Below, one piece after another: positions 56,352 through 64,000 of a stretch of 64,000 bases of DNA. The notes under the pieces are model-generated. The model saw only the letters and a list, made by a program, of their open reading frames with translations. It was not told the origin of the DNA and ran no database searches. Numbering within the stretch: the stretch's first letter is position 1; each line of letters begins with the position of its first letter. The position numbers were made by a program, and so were the translations under genes. The DNA comes from a virus, in the IMG/VR virus record IMGVR_UViG_3300000115_000005; one strand, given 5' to 3'.

Positions 56352-57241
56352 TATGCCTCACCAAATGGATTTGTTTCACTAAAGTCTAATATACCATCTG
56401 CATCAGCTTCTATTCTTGCATTGTCATCAATACTTTCAAAAGCTGTATTCATTGTTGCAGTATCATCAGCTGTATTGACAATCCATTGAGAACTTGAAGT
56501 ATTACCAACAACATTACCTGTACCAAATATACCTTGAGTTCTATAAACTTGTAATGATGTATTTGGTGTAAATGTATGCACAAGTGCTTGTGCTGTTGCA
56601 TTTGCGAGAGTAGCGTCAGAACTTTGATATATGATTTCATCAGCGACAAATGTGCCTGAGCCAGTAGTAATTGTAATTGTTGTTCTTGGATACATATCAC
56701 GGATATCATCATCAACTTGTTTAACACCAGTTTGTATAACTTCATTAGAAAATACAAACCTTTTAAGTTTTAATGCAAACACATAAACATTTGCACCACG
56801 ACCTCGGCCTAAAGTATAAAACATAGCCTGTTCATTTTCATGTTCTACAAAAGAAATTTCAAAAAAAGCATCTACAAGTGGTACATAAATTAAATCACCT
56901 TCATTCGGTCTTGTTTGATCAGCTGTTGCAACAAATCTTCTACGAGAAACTAAGAGTGTTATTTCATCCCTTATTTCTAATCCAAATTTAGAAACAAAAT
57001 CGCCTTCACCTTCAAAACCTTGTATATTTTCAAGATACATTTCAATAGAATGAGCTGTAGTATATTCTTTTAAAGTATCTTCACCATAAAGAAAATCAAC
57101 TCGATCTCTACTTGTTCTTGGTAGATAAAAAACATCCATGCCATAAATTTTCATGGACTCAATAAGCAAATCTTCAACTAAAAGTTGTTCACTCGTTATT
57201 TGATTTGCTGGAAAAGGATTGAAATATTGATTAGTAGCCAT
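56351..57241 (-). CDS. gp14: Neck protein
   Basis: EQ.L.EDL..ES.KIYG...YLPR, SKFGLEIRD, RPNEGDLIY, DFSETNPFG. Confidence 0.93.
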   Translation of the reverse strand: MATNQYFNPFPANQITSEQLLVEDLLIESMKIYGMDVFYLPRTSRDRVDFLYGEDTLKEYTTAHSIEMYLENIQGFEGEGDFVSKFGLEIRDEITLLVSRRRFVATADQTRPNEGDLIYVPLVDAFFEISFVEHENEQAMFYTLGRGRGANVYVFALKLKRFVFSNEVIQTGVKQVDDDIRDMYPRTTITITTGSGTFVADEIIYQSSDATLANATAQALVHTFTPNTSLQVYRTQGIFGTGNVVGNTSSSQWIVNTADDTATMNTAFESIDDNARIEADADGILDFSETNPFGEA

Positions 57242-57243
57242 TA

Positions 57244-58251
57244 TTAACCCATATAAATTTCATTAGGTGCTACATTGTAGATTTGCATCTCCTCTTCTAG
57301 TTTGTCTATTTCAGCTTTCGCTTCCTCTTGTATTCTAGGCCCATCAAGAGTAACACCTCCAGGCATTTGTATGCCCGCAAATTTTGAAAGGTTAGAACCC
57401 CATTGATATTTAATTAAAGCTGTTGCATATCTTTTTAAGAATCTATCATTCCAAACATCTGAAGTACCAGCTTGTGTTATAGCACCATTAGTAACATTGG
57501 CTGTTGGTGCATTAACTAGAGTGATAGATGTTGGTGAATTTATTTGTTTAATTTGTAGTTCTTGACTTACACCTTGAACCGTATTTGCAACCGTAATGAA
57601 ATCATTTTCAAGCAATTCTTGATCAAATGTGGTGCCAAAACCAGTAAGTGTATTAGCTACTGTTTCAACATATGTTTCACCAGTTGCAAGACCAGTTACA
57701 TTAACTGTGTCTGGATTTAATTGACGATAACATTCTACAACCACATATTCACCAACTCTTACATCATGTTCCCAAGATATATCTAAAAATAATTTATTTT
57801 GATGACGATTGAATCTGAATTGTGGTTTACCTGAAAACAACATATTTAATGTTTGTATATGTTGCATTGTGATTTCATAAGATACATAAGAAACGGATGT
57901 AAAGTCATACAAGTCATGTAATCTTAATTGGTATCTTAAATCAAACATATTGATTGATGAATTAGAGTCATCAAAAGGAAAAACACCTGTTACAAATATA
58001 ACAGCTGATGGTGCATATATCCATTTACGATCAATATCTTCTTGAGTGACTTGATGTTTCATAAAGACTTTTTCAACGCCATCAAAATGATAGTCGTGAA
58101 AAAAATCTAAAGCATCATCAACACGATCCTCTAGTTGATCGTCATCTATATTAATTTCAATTACTGGAAAACCTAATCTTCTTAAACAATATTCTTTGAA
58201 TTGTTGTCTAGTTGATGGTTGTCCTGTTCTTCCTCTAGTATAAGTTGGCAT
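57244..58251 (-). CDS. gp13: Neck protein
   Basis: YCLRRLGFPVIEIN, K.QWGSNLSKF.G.Q.PGGVTLDG; GATAAATA at 58279-58286. Confidence 0.93.
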   Translation of the reverse strand: MPTYTRGRTGQPSTRQQFKEYCLRRLGFPVIEINIDDDQLEDRVDDALDFFHDYHFDGVEKVFMKHQVTQEDIDRKWIYAPSAVIFVTGVFPFDDSNSSINMFDLRYQLRLHDLYDFTSVSYVSYEITMQHIQTLNMLFSGKPQFRFNRHQNKLFLDISWEHDVRVGEYVVVECYRQLNPDTVNVTGLATGETYVETVANTLTGFGTTFDQELLENDFITVANTVQGVSQELQIKQINSPTSITLVNAPTANVTNGAITQAGTSDVWNDRFLKRYATALIKYQWGSNLSKFAGIQMPGGVTLDGPRIQEEAKAEIDKLEEEMQIYNVAPNEIYMG

Positions 58252-58300
58252 CTTTTATGTCCTTAAAATCTTCCATACTATTTATCTGCTTATTTTGTAG

Positions 58301-58615
58301 TTATACATCTATACCATCTTTATATGTTTCATGAGTTTTTAAATTAGTATATAATTCTGTCATTACATTAACTGATGATAAATTTATAGAAATATCAGAA
58401 TCATTTTTATGAATTACATGATGTTCTTGAAAAATAAAAGAGCCTGGTATTTCTAATTCAACATTTGCACTTGATGAATTAGGATATACTTGAACTTTAT
58501 ATGTAATATTATTTTTAGAACCACCAAACTTATTAATTCTAACATATGCTTGTGGAAAATCATGGTTTAAATGATTATTTTCGTTTGTACTTAATAAATT
58601 TATTTGTAATGCCAT
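58301..58615 (-). CDS. Hypothetical protein, possibly tail-fibre associated
   Basis: Follows the fibre gene; ends LYTNLKTHETYKDGIDV. Confidence 0.45.
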   Translation of the reverse strand: MALQINLLSTNENNHLNHDFPQAYVRINKFGGSKNNITYKVQVYPNSSSANVELEIPGSFIFQEHHVIHKNDSDISINLSSVNVMTELYTNLKTHETYKDGIDV

Positions 58616-58627
58616 TTTATATCCTTT

Positions 58628-61501
58628 TTATAATGGTAAACTAGTGTCCGAATGGTTCATTTCAGTTGATTCTATTTTTAGTGCCCACGCTATGTCATGA
58701 CTAGTTTCACCTGTTACTGTAAATCGTAACCATGTGATAGCTCCGCTATTAACTTTTTGTGCTTCAAGATCCCATGCTGTTGCGCCAGATGTGGCAAATT
58801 TTTCTGTAACAGTAAAAGATGGTGTTGTAACGCCTGAAGATTGATTTGTTTTTATTAAACCAATGACTTCCCATGCTTTAGCATCATCGCCTTGATCTGA
58901 GTGAGCTACACAAACACCTTTGAAGTAAGATACTGTGGAAAAAGAACTTGGCCAAGCAATTGTTTTATGAACCAAATTAAAAGTTCCTGAAGCAGCGCTT
59001 GTCAATACGGTATTTGATCCATCTAATGTCAAATCATGTTTATTAGCACTTGTGGTTCTTGTTAAAAGTGTGTGTTGTCTTGTAAAGTGATAACTGGATT
59101 CAGATGAATTAACAAAATGACCAGGTATGTAAACACCACCTCTACCATAACCAGCTCTAGCTTTACTACCTCCTAAAATTACAGTCGCTCCTTGATCATC
59201 ACTAGAAATTATACTACCACTACCACCTATTATAGCACTATTTGAAGAGTTTAAAATATGGTCTGCACCACCACCTATAAAGATATTTTTTGATGAAGTA
59301 ATATTAGCTGAGTTATTTCTACCACCTGTAATAACTGTTTCATGAGCGTTAATTTTGTTACCATAACCACCAATTATTCCTGAATTTTCAGCATCTGAAT
59401 ATGTATAGTTATATTGGCCTCCTATTATACCAGTTCGTTTAGATTGTAAAGTATTTTGAGAGCCTCCAGCTAAAATACTATAATCACCATTATTATGATT
59501 TATCTTTCCTTGATATACACCAATAATTGAGGAACCAAAAGCACCTGTAACGTCTATAACACTTTGATAACCAGCAGCTATAAAATTATAATCAGAATTG
59601 GTTTCGTGACTAAATCCACCACAAATGGCTGAGTCAGCTGCAGTAGAGCCTATAACATGATTTCGACCTCCACCGATAAAGGATCTATCACCTGAAATTT
59701 CACTTTGATAACCTCCTAAAATAGCAGAGTATTCTGAGGTTGATTCAATATCATGATTCCTACCACCACCGATAAAGCCATAGTCACCATATATTTCATT
59801 AGTATTACCACCTGCAATGAAACTGTAATTTCCACCATCATAAATTTTACTTGAACTACTTATAACAAAGCTATCATTTTCATCACAAACTGCTTGGTAT
59901 CCATAAGCTATTCCATAATTACCTTTTGCTCTGGACCGAAAACCACCTACAAGGGTGCTAATACCATTAGAAGTACAAGTGTCGCCGGCTATTACAGCCG
60001 ACCTTGTGTTATTAGCAACACTGCTTGAACTCGATAATACTAATGAATATTGACCATTTGCAAAAGAGAAACCCCCATGAACAAATGCGTATGATGAGTG
60101 TGCTCCGCTCCGTATTCCTGAAGCATGAGAATAGTCACCTGTTGTTCTATTTTGTCGACCAAACGTCTGAGACCAAGCACCATCAGATATATTTCCTTCA
60201 CCTATAGCTACGGATCTCCTAGCTTCAGCCTGAGATTCTTCACCTGCGGAAAAAGAATGTAGGCCACTCGATACACAATTTTGACCAAATGCAACAGCAT
60301 AGTTGGAATTTGCTATTGTTATATCACCAAATGCAAATGAATCTGTAGCTGATGCGTTAGAACTATTACCTCCAACAAATGATCTAGTACCCACACCTAA
60401 AAACTTATTATTACTAGCCAAGAAAGCCGCATTGGCCGTATTCGCTGTATCTTTTATAAACTCGTTTGATAAGGAATCATCATTTGTGGCATCTGTGTTA
60501 GCCTGTGCAAATTGATCTGCTGTAAGTCTACCAGCTGTTGTTTGCTTAGTGACCATTCTACCCTGAGGTGATATGAATAATGCTTTAGGGTTTGGAAATT
60601 TAGCTGTTACTTTTGGTATGAAAACCACCCCACCACTAACAGGATCAGTTTCCATTTTTGTACCACCTAAAACTAATGTACTACCTGAAAGATATAGGTC
60701 TCTCCAAAAAACTGACTCTGAACCTAGATTAAATGTGTTTGAGGCATTTGGTATTATATTACCTGCAATGGTAATATCACCCGTAATACTACCTCCGCTG
60801 GTTGAGAGTTTAGTGTTACTTGAAGTGAAAGCCGCATTAGCATGATGAAAAGCATTATTAGAAAATACTAAATTTGTTGTTATGCTTGTAGCATTAGTAT
60901 TACCTGCACCAAAAGCTGCATCTGCTTTAGCCTGTGCAGTTATTACGTTAGTCGCATTGGTATTACCTGCACCAAAAGCTGCATCTGCTTTAGCCTGTGC
61001 AGTTATTACGTTAGTCGCATTGGTATTACCTGCACCAAAAGCTGCATTAGCGTGTTTAAAACTAGCATCAGCTGAGTTTTGAGCCGTAGTCACATTTGTG
61101 GCATTTGTATTACCTGCACCAAAAGCTGCATTAGCATGGTGAAAAGAGTTATTAGCAAAAATAAAATTACTATTTGCCTTACTAAAAGCTGCGTTAGCTA
61201 TTGTTGTTGGTAATAAACCTGTGTTTGCCACATTAAAGGCTGCATTAGCATGATCAAAACTAGAATTAGCTTTATCAAAAGCACCATTTGCATTACCTAA
61301 TTGTGTTACTTTAAAAGTATTACTTGCACTATCATAAACAATATAGAAACCATCTTGAAGTCCCGTTTGGTCAAAATCGGTTAAACTATCAAATGATACA
61401 ACAGGTGTAGCCGCAAATGTTTGAGATACAACGGTAGTTCTGCCTGTTGATTGAACAGTTGCTGAAAGTGAAGTTGCATTTGCAAGGGATCCAGTGGGCA
61501 T
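58628..61501 (-). CDS. Tail fibre / adhesin-like protein
   Basis: AN-rich coiled repeats, NIIP...FNLGS...WRDLY knob, YadA-head-like and S.I.GG..N beta-roll repeats. Confidence 0.75.
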   Translation of the reverse strand: MPTGSLANATSLSATVQSTGRTTVVSQTFAATPVVSFDSLTDFDQTGLQDGFYIVYDSASNTFKVTQLGNANGAFDKANSSFDHANAAFNVANTGLLPTTIANAAFSKANSNFIFANNSFHHANAAFGAGNTNATNVTTAQNSADASFKHANAAFGAGNTNATNVITAQAKADAAFGAGNTNATNVITAQAKADAAFGAGNTNATSITTNLVFSNNAFHHANAAFTSSNTKLSTSGGSITGDITIAGNIIPNASNTFNLGSESVFWRDLYLSGSTLVLGGTKMETDPVSGGVVFIPKVTAKFPNPKALFISPQGRMVTKQTTAGRLTADQFAQANTDATNDDSLSNEFIKDTANTANAAFLASNNKFLGVGTRSFVGGNSSNASATDSFAFGDITIANSNYAVAFGQNCVSSGLHSFSAGEESQAEARRSVAIGEGNISDGAWSQTFGRQNRTTGDYSHASGIRSGAHSSYAFVHGGFSFANGQYSLVLSSSSSVANNTRSAVIAGDTCTSNGISTLVGGFRSRAKGNYGIAYGYQAVCDENDSFVISSSSKIYDGGNYSFIAGGNTNEIYGDYGFIGGGRNHDIESTSEYSAILGGYQSEISGDRSFIGGGRNHVIGSTAADSAICGGFSHETNSDYNFIAAGYQSVIDVTGAFGSSIIGVYQGKINHNNGDYSILAGGSQNTLQSKRTGIIGGQYNYTYSDAENSGIIGGYGNKINAHETVITGGRNNSANITSSKNIFIGGGADHILNSSNSAIIGGSGSIISSDDQGATVILGGSKARAGYGRGGVYIPGHFVNSSESSYHFTRQHTLLTRTTSANKHDLTLDGSNTVLTSAASGTFNLVHKTIAWPSSFSTVSYFKGVCVAHSDQGDDAKAWEVIGLIKTNQSSGVTTPSFTVTEKFATSGATAWDLEAQKVNSGAITWLRFTVTGETSHDIAWALKIESTEMNHSDTSLPL
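60897..61047. repeat. 63-bp perfect tandem repeat (about 2.4 copies) encoding AAFGAGNTNATNVITAQAKAD
   Basis: Units start at 60897, 60960 and 61023; a degenerate copy lies near 61107-61135. Confidence 0.9.
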
Positions 61502-61502
61502 T

Positions 61503-61838
61503 TTATAACTCTGTGGAACCTGGTAATACGCTTACAATACCTTCAATAACTCTTGATTTTGTACCAGTATTATCAGTTATGAGTAAATCATAAACATATC
61601 GACCTGGTGATAAATTTGATGTATTAGCTGCAGTCATAGTTAATGTAATTTGACCATTAGCATTACCCGTAACTGTTGCTGTAAAATTATTCGCTGATGA
61701 CGAATAAAAAGATTTTCTCATTGAAGAGTTTGCTGTATAATTTGTAAGATTAACAGCCGCTCCTGCGGAATCTTTTACATTTACTATTGAGGAAAAATTT
61801 GCGTATTGTTCTAAGGTGAGTTCGGTGAAAGCTGCGAT
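61503..61838 (-). CDS. Small virion adaptor-like protein with a probable AUC start
   Basis: Open frame extends 39 codons upstream of the ATG at 61721 to ATC-GCA-GCT-TTC, 7 nt after AGGAG; gives (M)AAFTELTLEQYANFS...GRYVYDL...RVIEG. Confidence 0.7.
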   Translation of the reverse strand: MAAFTELTLEQYANFSSIVNVKDSAGAAVNLTNYTANSSMRKSFYSSSANNFTATVTGNANGQITLTMTAANTSNLSPGRYVYDLLITDNTGTKSRVIEGIVSVLPGSTEL

Positions 61839-61845
61839 TTTGATT

Positions 61846-61879
61846 CTCCTGTTTTTCTTCTATTTAGTATAAACAGGAG
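61846..61879 (-). promoter_or_regulatory. SD-sequestering hairpin with late promoter ACTAAATA in its loop
   Basis: CTCCTGTTT-ATACTAAATAGAAGAA-AAACAGGAG. Confidence 0.75.
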
Positions 61880-61888
61880 TTTTCAATT

Positions 61889-62953
61889 TCAGTTTATAAA
61901 ATAACCTTGGTTTGAACCAATTTTTAAAATTATAAGACCTGATCCGCCAGCCCCACCTCCTGTACTAGCATTAGGGTTGTTTGTTCCAGATCCACCGGCT
62001 CCTCCGCCTCCACCCCTATTAGCTAAACCTGCATCTCCAAAAGAAGTAGCAGGGGCTGTGTGAGAATCATTTTGAGGTGAAGCATTTCCTCCTCCATATG
62101 GGCCACCGCCAATCCAAGTTCCTGATCCATTAGCTCGACCGCCATAAGGACCGCCTCCACCTCCTCCAGCATAACCTACATTTGCTCCAGAAATTGAAAA
62201 GTGTAAACCTATACCACCTTTTGCTCCAGTATCACCGGTATTCTGACCATCTCCTCCTACTGCACCTGCACCCCCACCTCCGCCACCTTGATAATTCGGA
62301 GCTCCACCTCCAGCACCCCCAGCACTTCCTTGAGTTGTATTAGAAGATGTCCCACCATCACCCTCGAAATCTGGCGAAGTCGAATCATGTAAATTAGGAG
62401 CACAACCTCCTCCACCAGAGGCTCCAGCACCACCGGGTTGATATTGTGGGCTAGCAGTAGTAGTACCTCCACCTCTCCCACCACCAAATGAAGCAACTAC
62501 GTTAGCAGAAGGACTTGATCTAGAAATATGAGAAGCTGAACCAGGTGTTGAGAGTGAAGCTGCTGGATTTCCTGCAGCTACAGCTTGAGCACCGCCACCA
62601 CCCACATTGGCTGTATGTTTTACTGCTGGAAAAGTCGATATACCATATGAAAGACCACCAGCACCTCCACCACCGCCACCTGATCTTCCAGGTCGACCCC
62701 CAGCACCAGACCCACCACCAGCTATTACTAGGTACTCACCAGTTACTTCAGCAGTAGGAGTAAAATCTGCTGAAGTAGTAAAAGTAATAACAACTTGGCC
62801 ACCAACTATTGTTTGCGGAGCTGTAGTAGTAACAGTACCTGATCCACTTATTTGTTGACCAAAACTTAAACCTCTAGGAAAAGCAAAACCAACCGGTCTT
62901 GTGGTTTCTTTATTTACTTTAACAATTTGATTATTAGTGAATTTTATACCCAT
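61889..62953 (-). CDS. Glycine-rich domain virion protein
   Basis: YLVIAGGGSG...GGGGGAGG, ANRGGGGG, GGSGLIILK. Confidence 0.7.
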   Translation of the reverse strand: MGIKFTNNQIVKVNKETTRPVGFAFPRGLSFGQQISGSGTVTTTAPQTIVGGQVVITFTTSADFTPTAEVTGEYLVIAGGGSGAGGRPGRSGGGGGGAGGLSYGISTFPAVKHTANVGGGGAQAVAAGNPAASLSTPGSASHISRSSPSANVVASFGGGRGGGTTTASPQYQPGGAGASGGGGCAPNLHDSTSPDFEGDGGTSSNTTQGSAGGAGGGAPNYQGGGGGGAGAVGGDGQNTGDTGAKGGIGLHFSISGANVGYAGGGGGGPYGGRANGSGTWIGGGPYGGGNASPQNDSHTAPATSFGDAGLANRGGGGGAGGSGTNNPNASTGGGAGGSGLIILKIGSNQGYFIN

Positions 62954-62954
62954 A

Positions 62955-64000
62955 TTAACTTATGAAAAATCCTAAGACCGCAAGAGAGTCTGTTTTATAT
63001 TTAATTACAACTGTTCCTGAGCCACCTGCTTTTGCTCCATCCGAATCAGTAGGAGCTGCCCCCCTATTTGCAATAGTGCTTTGTGGGCCAAAACCTTGAC
63101 CACCTCCTGCTCGACCTCCTCCACCTGTATTCGCCAAAGCAACGCCATTAGGTGATGTAGATGCAGGTTCTGTTGAAGTGTTTGGTGTAGTTGAAGCAAA
63201 AGGAGCTCCGCCTCCGCCACCTGCACCTCCAGAGCCAACTATTCTTGAACCAGCCGGATCATTCCAACCGCCTCCGCCTCCGCCACCACCGAAAAAGCCG
63301 TTAGTTTGTGTTGCTATTCCTAAACCAAAACCTCCTGGTGTTCCGACTCCTGCTTCAGCAAATCCTGAAAAATTTATACCTGTTCCTCCAGAATATCCTA
63401 AACTAGGACTCACCGCTGGAGCTTTAAATCCTATTCCATTACCTACAATTGAGGAACCAGGATAACTACCTCCAGGTCCGGGTGAAAAAACTACTCCGCC
63501 ACCTTCTTGACCTGCTCCTCCACCTCCGCCACCGGAATATACAGGTGGGTCACTTGGACCTGGTCCAAAATCGGAAGGTGATGGGCCATTTGAACTCCCA
63601 CCTAAATTACCAAAATTAGACACACCTGAAATTCCTGGATTTGAGGTGGGTTGAAGAGCTGGTGAAGCAATAAAGTAACTAGGGTAGTTGCTTCCACCAC
63701 TTCCGCCAGAGGAACCACCTGATGCTCCAGTTAATCCCCCATCTCCACTATTTCCTCCTCTTGTACCTCCAGCACCACCACGAAAACCTATAACTGATAC
63801 ACTTGTTACTGAATCTGTATAAGAACTGTTAGCTCCATTAACTCCTGCTCCAAACCCATTATCAGCTCCAGCTGGTCCGGGAGCAGTTGCTCCAGCTCCG
63901 CCTGCACCTACAACCACAGTATAATCTCTTTCTGCTATAACAGGAAAATTTTGAGCAAAAGCAATACCGCCTCCGCCTCCTCCGCCTCCGCCCATTGACG
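62955..64000 (-). CDS. Glycine-rich domain virion protein (5' end outside the window)
   Basis: GGGGGGG, YTVVVGAGG, ANTGGGG, GGSGTVVIKY; paralog of 61889-62953. Confidence 0.7.
   Translation of the reverse strand, partial: SMGGGGGGGGGIAFAQNFPVIAERDYTVVVGAGGAGATAPGPAGADNGFGAGVNGANSSYTDSVTSVSVIGFRGGAGGTRGGNSGDGGLTGASGGSSGGSGGSNYPSYFIASPALQPTSNPGISGVSNFGNLGGSSNGPSPSDFGPGPSDPPVYSGGGGGGAGQEGGGVVFSPGPGGSYPGSSIVGNGIGFKAPAVSPSLGYSGGTGINFSGFAEAGVGTPGGFGLGIATQTNGFFGGGGGGGGWNDPAGSRIVGSGGAGGGGGAPFASTTPNTSTEPASTSPNGVALANTGGGGRAGGGQGFGPQSTIANRGAAPTDSDGAKAGGSGTVVIKYKTDSLAVLGFFIS

Noticed and set aside
60897-61135. CRISPR-like array
   Set aside because: The repeats are contiguous, in frame, inside a CDS and have no unique spacers; no cas genes.
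1862-63465. All short plus-strand ORFs and nested minus-strand ORFs in the track (for example 6230-6526, 25492-25818, 51933-52289, 62607-62858)
   Set aside because: They are antisense or alternate-frame shadows of well-supported genes, with no motifs; the Pro-rich ones mirror Gly codons.
61889-64000. Collagen-like repeats or foreign high-GC DNA
   Set aside because: There is no Gly-X-Y periodicity, and the higher GC is explained by Gly/Ala/Pro codons.

Overview
This 64-kb window is part of an AT-rich (by eye about 30% GC) T4-like myovirus genome. The gene order resembles marine/freshwater T4-like phages, but there are no photosynthesis genes here, so a heterotrophic proteobacterial host is the more likely inference. 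Essentially every real gene is on the minus strand. From right to left: glycine-rich and tail-fibre genes; neck, terminase, tail and head genes (gp13-gp23, gp3); uvsY and uvsW; an inserted island (SNase, B12 radical SAM, split transketolase, heptose-kinase-like GHMP kinase, 2OG oxygenase); gp55, gp47, gp46; peptide deformylase; a DUF4338/DruA-like gene followed by a 65-nt tRNA-Gly-like RNA; a CobT/CobS-like vWA-AAA pair; gp45, gp44, gp62, regA, hsp20; an M15A endolysin; gp43, uvsX, gp41; a second DUF4338-like gene; a late nuclease and ligase-like group; and a sugar-modification cluster containing an alternative oxidase. The best candidate for an undescribed system is the miniature tRNA-Gly(CCC)-like RNA sitting 25 nt downstream of a DUF4338-like (putative GNAT/Mom-like) enzyme, which suggests a dedicated glycyl donor for DNA or other modification. 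Other highlights are a complete-looking AOX, an antisense sigma70 promoter upstream of gp55, and an AUC-start late gene whose Shine-Dalgarno is locked in a hairpin containing a late promoter. All product calls come from motif recognition; no database searches were run.
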